Below, piece by piece: positions 50,005-64,000 of a stretch of 64,000 bases of DNA. The stretch is from NCBI GenBank assembly GCA_000708835.1, contig DF237326.1, positions 1 to 64,000 of the forward strand, written 5' to 3'. This DNA comes from Klebsormidium nitens. Lineage: Eukaryota > Plantae > Klebsormidiophyceae. Positions within the stretch are counted from its first letter, which is position 1. Every line of letters starts with the position of its first letter. The notes beneath the pieces were generated by a model that searched no databases, was not told where the DNA came from, and saw only the letters and a list, made by a program, of their open reading frames with translations. The translations under genes and the position numbers were made by a program.

Positions 50005-53000
50005 ATGGCCAAGCTGAGAGCCTGGGCAGGGAGCCTGATGCTGGGTAAGTCCCTGGACCCTCCACTCTTGTCAGTGTCGCCCAATGTGGCCGGACTCTAG
50101 ATATTCCAAGGAAGAGCTGCCATGAAAACGCCACCAGATCAGCACTGCGCGTGTTTGGCAATAACTGCCTGTCCCCTCGACGCGTTTCAACTTGAGAGCA
50201 ATCTTCCTCATTACAGGAGCAGAATGTCTTTCAGCCATCGTAGTACACCGTACATCCAAAGGCCAAGACTTCTTAGGTTCAGGACCGATTTGAAGCCCAA
50301 TCCATTCGTCCTCCTTTTGCAAAGCCCGTATCTACAGACAATGCTGACACAAGCGCGTTCTTTGCATTGCACTGAAGGGCAGCTGGCATTGCCATCTAAG
50401 TAGCTCAACCCTGTAGATCAGCTGGCTGCACAGGTGTATGATTATGTTACAAGAGCTAACATAACAATGCCCTGGGGCTGGTCCCTCTTGGATCTTGGCA
50501 GGCCCCCCGTGCCGCCACCAGCTGACCTTCTCTCTGTCCCCTGTGTGTGCAGTGGCGGCCCTGCTGCTGCAGTCCCCCGCTGTCCTGGCGGTGCCCCTCT
50601 CGCAGCAGCTGCTGGGGGCCACCCAGCCTACCGCACGCCGCGTGCTGGCAGTCCCTGCTTCCACTGATGGTGAGCCACCAATCTAGGTCTGGAGTCTAAG
50701 GAGGACAGCTGTCAGATCTCAGAACACTCACGTCCTCGTAATCAACCATTCTCTAGATATTTTTCTAGATAGACCGGGTATTGCCACGTTCAAAGCCTTG
50801 TAAAAAGTAGGTCTCTGTAAGAGACTTCTTCTTCTTCACAACGGCTTGCATCCTACCTCCATGTGACATTTCTTAAGACAACTTTCTCTGTTCAAATGGA
50901 GTTCCATAAAGCTCGGACTCTCAAACAGCATTTTCGATGATCAAGTTTCTGGCTGACACTTCCTTATCTCTTTCCATGGAAAGCCCGTCCTTTATTACAC
51001 CTGTCACTGACGCTGCCTTGCTGCGGCTACCTCTCAGGCACTGCCCCCATTGGCATCCCTGCCCCTGCGTCTGGCTCGTGCACCAGCGGCATGTACCCCA
51101 CCACGTGCACCATCCCCGGCACCGCCACGCCCTACTGCTGCCCGGCAGGCTACAGGTACCGCCGGCCCCCTCTCATATCCAATGCGGAGGGAACTCTGCC
51201 ACACATCTATGCCTGCAAAAGCTATGACTTGGCCGCTGCCTGTCGTTGGCAAGGATGTCAAGATTAGTAGCCAAAGCTGACCTTAGGAGGAGTCTCATCC
51301 ATCTCAAATGGCAGCTCCTGAGCCACAGTGACACATCCGCCCAGGCATGAGGACTGGATCTCCAACTGCTTTTGGCGAGCTTCTAACTCGCCTCCATGAA
51401 TCCTCGTGCAGCTGCTACCCGGGCAGTGGCTATGCCTGCTACAAGCAGAGCCCGGATGGGTCCTTCCCAGGGCAGCCAACCAACTTTGGGTGCGGCGACA
51501 TCCTGGAAATCACCATCGACCAGATCCAGGCCAAGTTCGCTGAGGGGACACTCACGTCGCGAGCCCTCGTGGAGTGCTACCTCAAGCGCATTGCTGACTA
51601 CGACAACCCCACCACCTTCACTGGCCAGGTATGCGCGATGCTGCATTTTCTCCTGGAAGGAAAGACCCGGATAAGCCTTGTGACAAAAAGCAGTTGGTGG
51701 ACCTTAAGTGATGCTTCCTGCCACAGACCTCGGACATGAAGTTTGGAAAGCTTTCTCCGTTAGCATTGTTCTTCTCTAAATCGCACTGGGGACAGTCTAT
51801 CATTGACTTCTAAGTAACGAACCTCTTTTCACTTGGTATTCGTCAACTCTTCCCAGAGGCTGCTCAGCTGGTCTAATCTTGACTCAAATTGGTTGCTTGC
51901 GTGTGGCAGGTGCCGTATGCTGTGAACAGCGTGCTGGAGATCGACCCGGAGGTGCTGTCGCTGGCGGAGGAGAAGGACGTGGAGCGCGCGGCGTGCATGC
52001 CCAACTGCAGCCTGAGCAAGCTGCACGGCATCCCCATCGGGCTCAAGGACAACATCTGCTCCGACGGCCTCAACTGCACGGCCGGGTCGTGGAACCTGCT
52101 GGGCAGCCACCACGCGCAGGCGCCCATCGTGGACGGCCTCCTGGCCGCGGGCGGCATCATCATGGCCAAGCTCGGCCTCTCCGAGTGGGCCTTCTTCCGC
52201 TCCTCCAATGGCGTCTCCGGCTGGTCCGGCCGCGGCGGCCAGGTCTTCGTAAGTCACGCCACGTTGCAGCTCTGCCGTGCTCATGCGGCCGTTCCTTTTT
52301 CGTGAGTACTGCTTGAAGCAACGTTCGACTGAATATTCTAACCAAAGACGCACTTCTCTGCTTCTTCTGCGTCGTCCTTGGAGTTGGTCGCTGGTATTGC
52401 ACCAATCTTGCTGGGCAGGCCACCGATTTGGCTTCCTCTGCGAAGGCCTTTGACCATGCCAACTGCTCACGTGGTCCCGCGCCTCTTGCTTCTGCTAGAG
52501 TCCGTACGTGCGTTACGCCCCGCTCAACATCAGCACCAACAGCGTTCCGTACACGCCGGACATCCCGAGTGCGGTGCCGCTGAACCAGAGCTTCACCAAC
52601 ATCAACAACCCCAACATCGTCTCCGGCTCCTCCGGCGGCTCCGCCGTGGCCGCCGCCACCAGCATGGTCAGCCGCGTCACACATCTATGTTGACGTGTCT
52701 TTGCCACAGGCCCTTGCGAAGGACGAGCGAGAAGAAAGTGCTGGATGTATGCTTTCGGGTCTGACCCCAAGGTTATACAAGCATGTTTTGTCCTAGTGTA
52801 TAGCTTCAGTTCCGCTCACACCTGTCCGCTCCGCGTGTCTCGTCGTCAGATCGCGGTGACGGTGGGCAGTGAGACGGGCGGCTCGGTGCTGTCCCCCGCG
52901 CGCGTGAACGGCGTGGTCGGCTTCCGGCCCACCATCGGGGTCATGAGCCGCAACGGCATCGTGCCGCTCTCCGTCACCCAGGACACCGCCGGGTGAGCGC

Positions 53001-55714
53001 CGCACCGCAACTCACTCACCGCACCCTCTGCTTGTTGTCTTGAAGCCGGCATTCCGTTGCTGCTTTTCAAGCCCCCCATTAGTGACTGGGTGACCGAAGC
53101 TCAAGAGAGCCCGTGGTGCCATTCTCTGCTGCCCTGCCTGCTGTTTAGGCCTCGCCTGACGCCTTCGATCTTTGGTGCAGGCCCATGTGCCGCACCGTGG
53201 CGGACTGTCTGTACATGTTCGACGCGATGGCGTTCGACGACCCGGCGGAGCCGGTGCACTCGGGCTCCACGCCCTGGCTGCCGCCCTACACGCGCCCCGC
53301 AGACGGCTACCTGCCCTACCTCAACTCCAACGGCCTGCAAGGTACGCTGCGGGGGTCTCTGGGAACTGCTGATTACGCTTCGTGCCACAGAGCTCGTGTC
53401 GTCGGAAAAGGAGCGCTCTCATGGAGAGTCGCCTCGGTATGTAGCAATAAAAGAGGCTCAGACTTGCGAGGGCCTCCTGATATCAAAGTGGACAGCTGGC
53501 GGCTTTCCCGTTGCTCGAAGTTTTGTTCTGGTAAGCACCACTCAGTGTCTCCGGTGCGTGTCTGGCAGGCAAGAAGATCGCCATCTACCCGCTTCCCGCC
53601 ACCACAACGGGCCCCGCCGTGGCCGCATACCAACAGCTGCCCGACATGCTCAGGTCAGTCGTTCGTCACGCTCGAAAATCCAGGCTGGTAAACGCTCGAA
53701 ACTTTCCAGGTTGGCAGAAGGTAGTGGGAGAACCTCACGTCCATATGCGTCGTCGTCGTCGTCTTGTTTCTAATTAGCATTCTGTGGGAGTGAAAGCTGC
53801 AGCAGATGCAGGTTTGCGCCTCTACTTTGCCACTGCTAGCTTCTTTGCGCACCTTCTTACCGCCGGTGCGTGGCGGCTGGCAGGTCCCGCGGCGCGACGG
53901 TGGACGTGCTGCCGTCCAACTTCACGTTCCTCACGCTGGGCGGCTCCGTGCTCTCGGGCGACTTCAAGGTCGACATGAACAACTTCCTCTCGCGTAAGCC
54001 CCGCCGTTCGTTGCGCCAACAGCCAACGACAGCGGCCTCACTTGACGAGATTCCTGGGATACGCAGATGGCAAACAGCAGTCTGAGACGGGAAAACACTA
54101 CGATATTAGTTCGGGTCTTTTATTGGGCAGTATACGGATTGGCAAGTACATTTGACGCGACGTTGTGATCCAAGCCTTCACCTTTCGATGCTGTTTGCCC
54201 ATCGCGTATCTAAGTAAATGCCTCCGTTTGTCCAGATATGTACCTTAGCCCACATCCTTTCTCCAGTGGAACCGCCAAGAGAAGATGTTAGTTCGTCGAG
54301 TGTCCGGTTATGCCAGCTGCATCAAAGCGCTTAGTTCAAGTTCGCGCTTTGGCTCTCGCTAACCCTGTTTGCTTTGTGGTGCCACAGAGCTGACGTGGGA
54401 GCCGGGGTACACGCCGCTGAAGACGCTGGGCGACCTGATCGCGTACAACAAGGCCAACTACGAGCTGGAGTTCCAGGGCGGCCTCTGCTGCCGCGGCGAC
54501 CCCGCGTACGCGCTCTACTACCAGCAGAGCTGGGAGGCCAGCCAGCTCACCGGCGACAAGCGCGACCCCGCCTACGTCGGAGCCAAAATGGTGCGCGCGC
54601 GTGCCAACCAGCGGAGGGTCCATCGCTTGCTGTCCTAAATTGCTCATGCGCTGGCCGTACAGACAGTCTGGGCTATATTGACGGTCGAACGCCAGTGATG
54701 GCGCCCGTTTGCGCCGCCTGCGGAAAGTCAAGCGCCGGAAAGTTGTGCTCTGTCCTTCTCTCTGCCGCCTGATTCCAAGGCCGCCCCCTCTTCCTCCATG
54801 TTAGCATAGTCCTCGTTCCGCTCGTATGGCACTGGTATGAATTGGGGCCTCGTCTTGCTCCCCGCCTTCTCACCGCCCTTTGCTGCGTGTCCGCAGAACT
54901 CGTCGATGATCGCGGCCAGCATCAGCGACTGGTTCAAGTCCAACGGCTACGACGCGGTCGCCGCCAACGGCAACCTCATCGGCACCTGGGCGCGCGTCGG
55001 GTATGTGCCCAAGACGCGCCCCAAGAGCGCGCTCAACCTTCTGTCATATCCCCTCAATCTCGACGAATATCTGTCCGCTCACTACTGTGATATGACAGAC
55101 CTAGTCTAATGATTAAATGAGCCGTTTGAAAGTTTGCCAGAATGTGATTCAACATCGGCAACGTGGTTGCCTTCGCTGTGCTTTAAACAACGGAGAATGC
55201 GGGTCACCTTAGCGTCGAAATTTTCCAAAAGTTCTCTCCTTAAAGTCAGACGCGCCGCTTTTGTCGCTCCTTCCGTCCCTCCTACCGGACACCACTGTTT
55301 GACGGGCGTCCCTGTCGTGTGGTGGTGCAGCTTCCCGGGCATCTCGCTGCCGTGCCCGCTGGGCGTCAACGCGGTGGGCACCCCCCAGGTGAGGCTTTAA
55401 CACACCCATCGTCGCACTCAACCACAGTGAAATGAGTCGTCTCGGTCGCGTCAAGGTTCTCTTCACGAACTTTGGCCCAGCGCGTTTGCTCGTCTTCTGC
55501 AAGCGCGGCACTTGTTTAGTGTGCCTCTCGGATGCGTGGCGAGGACAGCCCCCTATGACTGTGAGCGCGGCTGCTCCTCGGCGCGCAGGGGCTCAACTTC
55601 CACGGGTACCCGTACAACGAGGGCGACATCTTCGCCATGGCGTACGACGTGGAGCAGAACCTGTGCCCCGGCGGGCGGCCCCAGCCCACCTACTGCGACG
55701 GCCAATCCTGCTGA
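50005..55714 (+). CDS. Secreted amidase-signature (AS) family enzyme, multi-exon
   Basis: Signal peptide MAKLRAWAGSLML|VAALLLQSPAVLA; LHGIPIGLKDNI (catalytic Lys); MAKLGLSEWAFFRS..SGWSGRGGQ; SGSSGGSAVAAA; VGSETGGSVLSPARVNGVVGFRPTIG; QDTAG|PMCRTVAD; FPGISLPCPLG; stop at 55712-55714. Confidence 0.93.
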
Positions 55715-57627
55715 CGCGCGCCGCGCAGGCCACCACGGCACACGGGCGGAGCACAGGGATGAACACGCTGAGTGTTTGTGGCGTCTGCTTGGCCGCTCCA
55801 TAACTTATGGCTCATATAGTTACCTATCTGCGTGTTGTGTAGTCCCCAGCTGGTTAAGTTATTAATTTTCTATGAAAAGATGCGTGTTTGCGGCGGGTAC
55901 TGCAAGCCCTTGATGATGACGTCGGTACGGGGTTGTGCCAATCGACTCAGAATCGGCGACGAGACTCCACCGAGATTCAGCGGCAGACTTTATGATGCTG
56001 CTTTAAATAGACTCTCGTGCATCTAGTACGGATGTTTTTGCTAGCCGGCAAATTTGGTTTAGCCAGTTTTGAAGCAAGTCGAAGTCTTTTACGAATGCTC
56101 GTAGCGGGCCGTGACAGTGCATTTTAGCATCGGACTCGTCTCCTCATTATGATTTGCGTTGAAGCTGCTTCAATCTACAAGATTTTTGTTACAAGAACAG
56201 CTTTGGTTATGCCCAACTCTCAAGGATTGTTTGATTAGCCGGCTGCCCAGGTTCGGCGATCTGCTCCCCAGTTGCTGCATATCCACCCAAGAGTCTCTTG
56301 TGAGGAGGCAGTCGAGAAGTTGGGCACGGCCGCTCGACGACGATCGGATCGATCAAGTCGGCTTAGTCGGTCCTGACGGGTGATCTTGGAATAAAAGAAC
56401 ATGTCACGTATGCGCAGCGTTGTAAAATATGTTGCCAGCTTTGGGTGGATCGGACTCCAGCTCCTCAACTCACGTTAACAACGGAGTCATACAAACTCAA
56501 TCTCCTATCCAACCCAACTTGCTCCGCTGTATCGTTTTGATTCGATTGATCAATCTCTGAGTTAATTGGCTACAAAAAAGCACTGGGCGGCTAGCAGGCT
56601 GACCTCACGATTATACTGTACGGCGGCTGCTTCTAAGTTGAGAAGCCGACGGCACGTCTTTATCTGGCTCTGTATCATGTTGCATGTGGCACGTACTCTA
56701 TAATGAATCAAAAGAGACCGTCGGAACGGTTGTCTTATATAATTAGCTCTAGTGGCAACTATACTATAAGTCACCTGTATCTGGAGCCGATCATGCAAAT
56801 TTGAAACTTCGTGATAATGCCATATATGCGGGCCTCGGTGATTCGTGTGGTCTTGGATCATTTGCGCACAATTAGTTTTTCAGTGCAACGCATGCGCATG
56901 GGCCGCGGACACTGACAATTATATCTTAACTGCGTTCTGAATGTTTGATCGAGTGACTAATCGCATGCATGCACGTGACGCACTTAAGGAATAGATGTTA
57001 CCAGATCGTCTCATGCGACTCATTTCGAACTGTTTTGCTAGACCCTCGTCTTAGACGCTGGCCCCGCGCCACGGCCCGGCCAGTCACTGGTAGTTGGGCC
57101 CGTGCGAGCACCAACCCATGCAGTATCTTACATGCGTCACTGTAAACGATCCATTGCTAAAAGTGGTTGTAGCGCACCAGGCTCGCCCAGGCCGCTGCCG
57201 GAATGATCAGGAAACTGATTGCATTGAAGTCGAGAAGGACTTTTGAGTATCGGCCGCCGCGACATGTTACCTGAGCTGGATCAGAGCTTTCCGTCCGGGT
57301 TGACTTTGATCAGTGTCACGTATAGCGGTATATAGTGGTATCCCTGACCACACAACAACTCAGATAAAGTGTAAGAGAGTACATGTAAAAGTCGGACAGT
57401 GCTCAGGTCGCGACAGACGGTTGAGTCCACATGATGCAGAAAATTTCTGCCAATGTACCTTCAATCGCCGCCAACTCACCAAATCTTGGAAATGTGAATC
57501 TTTTGGTAATGTGAACACGTGAATAGAAATTTGACCCCCGAGTCTTGTCGCGGAGGCAGGCAACGCGAGCAACGCAAGTTCCTGAGAGCTTATTCGAGTC
57601 AGGCCGCTACCAAGACTGGGCCGGCCG

Positions 57628-60524
57628 TCATAAGGAGGAGCTCAAAGGTTGGGACAGCGCTGTTGAAAAGGCCATCTCCGCGTCGGCCATGAGGCCTGTC
57701 CCGTGCAGGACGAGCCGGTCCGCATACACATCCACGCAGCCGTATGCGTCACTGCCGTGGGGGCACTCCAGGGCGGCCTCCAGCACCCGGTGGTGGATGC
57801 CAGCCCCGTCGCGCGCATATCCCCCTCGGTGCGCATGCCCCGCCAGCGTGGCCACGACGCAGCTGTGCGCGCGCAGCACGGCCAGCACGCGGTCGTAGTT
57901 CCAGAGCAGGCACGCGGGCGCGGTGCTGGCCGGCTCCAGCGGCAGGTGGCAGCACACGATGCACCGCTGGCCCGCCGCCTGCGCGCCGTCCAGCTCCGCC
58001 TCAAGCCACGCCAGCTGCGCGTCGCTGATGCCGCCGCCAAACATGACGAACCGCCTGTGCATGCACGGCCGAGTCAAGCAGCTGCAAATTGCTGGTGACT
58101 GCTCGGTGCTTGGTGGAAGCTCAACGAGTCGGGCAGGAGAGACAAGGGCAGGTGTCGGGACGAGTCCGCTGGCCGAGAGCAGCGAAGAGCAAGAGCCGGC
58201 CATGCCAGCCAGAAAATTGAAAGAGTCGACCGATTGCTCTTGTGCTGGTCGCTCATCTTGCAGCGGCTGACGGCTTCAGGACAGCGGACGTCCCTGTGTT
58301 CGATAGTTCGTTCTCAGAGCATCGAGGCGGACAATCTACACTTGACTCGAGCCGGCAATGTAAGTAAGAGAAATGCTCGACGACAAGCGACCACCTCACC
58401 TGGAGGGCCCTTCCAGCGTTTCGGGGCTGTTTTTGTTTTCGTTCGGGTTGTGCGTGGCCAAGATCGCCGTGGCGAGTGCCGTCTTGGGGTGCTCGGGGGG
58501 CCACCCCAGCATGCTGACGTCATAGCCGTCGAGGACTATGAACCTGCGGACGTGCGGCGGAAGGAGTGAGCGATCGAAAGCACCCGCTTTCCTGCCCAGC
58601 AAGACTGGCACCAAGAAAGTGTGGGCAATAAACGGGAGGGATTGTAGTGACCAATTGCGTCCCGCATTAGTTGCTTACAAGAGTTTGATAGTGATTCTCC
58701 TTGGCTGTGCTTGCGAGTTACGCTGACTCCCCCATGCCCTGTTGAGACAAGTTTGAAGGTCGTGCGTTGGTCGGGCTTGGTGTAATGATTTGCCTGGCTA
58801 GGCCACGGTCAGCTGCTGGCATGCTGTCCGCAAAATGGGGACGGCTTTCCGACCGAAGATGGTCCACCATGACGGTCGACCTGAACTAAAACCGGTTCCA
58901 TGTACTTTGGACCATGGTTTGCAGCACTGCGCCAACGTTCCCGGGATCGGATGTGCTCAACCAAGACAGCTTGGCCTGAATTGAACTTCGAGGTAATAGC
59001 AATGTCCTCTGACAGTCGAAGAAACGAGGTTGGTCCCATGGCCTGCCAGCTCTCTCGTGGGGCGTCCCGCCTTTACATTGAGAAGCCGAGGTATGGTCCC
59101 CTCAGAAAACGGCAGACCCAATCCTGCTTGGTGGTGGCTCACCGGAACCGGGGGTGGGGCTGGAAGGAGTAGTAGGAGCAGCCGTCTGCATCCCCAGGTA
59201 TGTCGAGCAGCTGGTTCAGGCGCGCGCGCGGCAGGTTGTAAAGACAATGGTTTCCTGGACGCAACCAGCAGAGGTCAGCACAGCGAGGGCACCCCGAAAA
59301 GAAGCTCTCATGGTGCGATGTCACCGAGCGTCCCTCCCTTTTTTCTATCGTCTGTTCCAAAAGACCGAGTCGTCAAGGCAGCCCGCACCAGAACGTACTT
59401 CGCTGCAGAACCATGTGGACGCTGTCCAGTCCTCACCACATCATCCAGGCATAAGAATAAACATTCTGCACTGGCACTTCGGGTGTAGACTCGTGGGGAT
59501 GGGGTGGGCAGTGCAGCGTGCAACTGACCTAGCATGTGGAAGGTGCGGCAGGGCAGGCGCTCGAACTGGGCCAGCACCGCCTGCACGGCCACCTCCGACT
59601 GCTCGCGCGGGCAGTAGCCATCCACAATGTCGCCAAAGTGCACCGCAAATGCCGGCGGGGGCTCCGACTGCAGCCACGAGTCGACCGCTCGCCGCAGCAC
59701 TGCCAGACAGCCACGCACAGCATTAGAAGGCAGCGCAAGGACGGGCTCCGGTGATCCCGCGCCGCTGGCATCACTTCGACCCGGCAAGGGGAACACAAGC
59801 AAGCCGAGGGAGCAGGCTGCAGCAGCGGGGCTTGGGGCTTGGGCCCACTACTATATGGTGGGGGCTGTGGATCACCTTGTAAGCTGTGGCGGTAGTAGCG
59901 CGGGGTGCCGCCGTAGGAGGCGCCGTCGGGAATGTCGGCGTGCTGCACGTCTGCACCAGGAGCACACCTCACACATCAGGGAGCAGCCCCAGAGTGGCGC
60001 TGGCCAGGGGTGACGGCCAGGCAGAGGGCACCAAGCGGCGAGCGGGGGTGGGCGGCACTTGCCAGCAACACAACACGACACATGCTCTGTGACAGTTTAG
60101 CAGATGTCGCAGATCTACAGCGAAGCAGGATGAGCCTTGTAATGCCTAGCAACATCTTCGGCAGACTACTAACCTAGGAAAGCAGACGTATCAGAACCAA
60201 GGTAAGTGAGATCCTAGGAAGTGTTCAACCCCTTCACCAGTTCAACGGCACCTTAATGGAGTATCATCACTGGCTGTTCAATGGACGACGTAATGACCTA
60301 CCTGTGATGACCCCGAAGCGGAACAGTGGCGCCTGTCCCTGCCCGGGTTGGGGGCTCTGGCCCGAGGTGCTTCGATCCGCCTCCACTGCCTCTTCTCCCT
60401 CAAACTCGGAAGCCCTTCCCACCAGACCCTGCATGGCAACGCCAGCTCCGTTTCCAGAAGAAGCTGCCAGCACTGTGCAGCTCGGAGAGGCCTCTTCCAA
60501 CAGCGGCACCTCGTTTTGGCTCAT
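57628..60524 (-). CDS. ADPRM: Mn-dependent ADP-ribose/CDP-alcohol diphosphatase (metallophosphoesterase); start tentative, with an alternative upstream in-frame ATG at 60761
   Basis: LFRFGVIT|DVQHADIPDG..RYYRHSL; HFGDIVDG; HMLG|NHCLYNLPR; FIVLDGYDVS; GGGISDAQLAWL; CHLPL; LLWNY; AGHAHRGGY..GIHHRVLEAALEC. Confidence 0.93.
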
Positions 60525-61615
60525 GCTTCTCAAACGTTGAGAAACCCGCACGCCCTTTTCAAAAACTCTTGCCAAATTGATGAGGCTTAACCGATGAATC
60601 CCAGTTACCCTGTCCGCCAGATCGCCCACACGTTGCTTTCGCCGCCCGAGCTTGAAATAAGGTTGGGAACAATGCTGCAACCGAGGGGTGGCAAACTTGC
60701 AGCTTGCTTGGCTTGTGATGTGATCATGGAGTGACACCCGTCCTGACGTCGTACAAGGCATCTTCTGCCCCGTCGCTAGGCCTCCTCATTCTAGCATGCC
60801 GTTGTTTGCCAGTGGAAGTGGAACATTGGACAGCTCGTCCTGCACAAAGTACGTACGTAGACTTAGTGGCACGACCTTTTCACACCGTTCCGTTTTGAAC
60901 GATTATATTCTCACTTGTTTTCATTTCACACAAACCTCTAAACCTCTTAACCCTTGGTTAAGACCCTTGTTATTTGTCAAACAAAGCGTTTAAACCACGC
61001 AGATCTTTGATCCAATAATTTGGCAATATATAAAAAACAAAGGCCAAAAATAATGATTTTTGTGGTGAAAAGGTCGTGCCACTACGGTAGTCGGGATGAT
61101 CTGCTTTGAAGCCTTGAGCAGCATCAATTGTCAAGCATTTGCACCAGACGGCGACCTTTAAAACCGTGTATGTTAACGGCAGACGTCGGGAGTCAGCTCG
61201 GTGGACAATTCGAGGGCGTTTGGTTGCCGTCCCCAATAAGAAACGTTATTGAAGATCAAGAGAACGGCCCCTGTGGTCGCCGGTCGATCTCGCTGGTCGC
61301 CGTTCACGTTGGTGAGGTGTTCACGTTCATGACTCCGAGTCATGAGCTGGTGTTCCGGCACATTGGCCGCCTTTGACATTGTGGCCCTGGCATTCAAACT
61401 GAGTGCTGCCCACTGTTTCTGCTGTTTCTTTTATTGCTTCAAACGAAGCTTCTCGACCTGCAAACGCTGCGTTCCGAAATGTCGTTGCCAACTTCCCTTT
61501 CAAGCAGACTCCAGACCATTTCAGACTGACGCTCCTGTGCCTCATTCTGATCACCCCAAGCTCCCCACAGACACGCGCTGGCATCTTGCTCAGCAGTCAG
61601 ACCGTCGACCCCAAG

Positions 61616-64000
<2,385 letters not shown>

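Noticed and set aside
17580-60524. Functional gene cluster (metal transporter, Mn-dependent hydrolase, secreted hydrolases)
   Set aside because: The genes are interleaved with unrelated housekeeping genes and share no pathway, so the sequence gives no evidence for a cluster.
60947-60961. TTAACCCTTGGTTAA as the partner of the piggyBac-like end
   Set aside because: It matches only TTAACCCTT, lies on the wrong side with two genes in between, and is better read as a short local palindrome.

Overview
Eukaryotic nuclear DNA with GC-rich exons, many short-to-medium GT-AG introns and plant-type orthologues. The overall look fits a streptophyte green alga such as Klebsormidium (inference, not proven). 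In order, the window holds: the 3' end of a chromodomain-bearing Ty3/gypsy LTR retrotransposon (to about 1.5 kb); an unassigned coiled-coil gene (-); MYBBP1A/Pol5-like (+); a membrane-anchored protein with a C-terminal J-domain (+); a ZIP2-type metal transporter (+); p115/USO1/GC6 golgin (-); a GH35 beta-galactosidase (-); ABC1K3 kinase (+); a ~3.8 kb non-coding stretch with a 757-nt assembly gap; a secreted amidase-signature enzyme (+); Mn-dependent ADP-ribose/CDP-alcohol diphosphatase (-); and an organellar TrpRS (+) that runs off the window end. Gene models were spliced by hand, and CDS coordinates are start-to-stop spans that include introns. Most of this is ordinary housekeeping sequence, and I found no clearly new multi-gene system. 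The best leads are a metallothionein-like 8-Cys exon in the ZIP cytosolic loop, a Cys-rich N-terminal module plus a ~32-aa insertion next to the active site of the amidase, a possible Crinkler-like header gene beside the retroelement, and a piggyBac-like end and hairpin cluster at the right edge of the gap.
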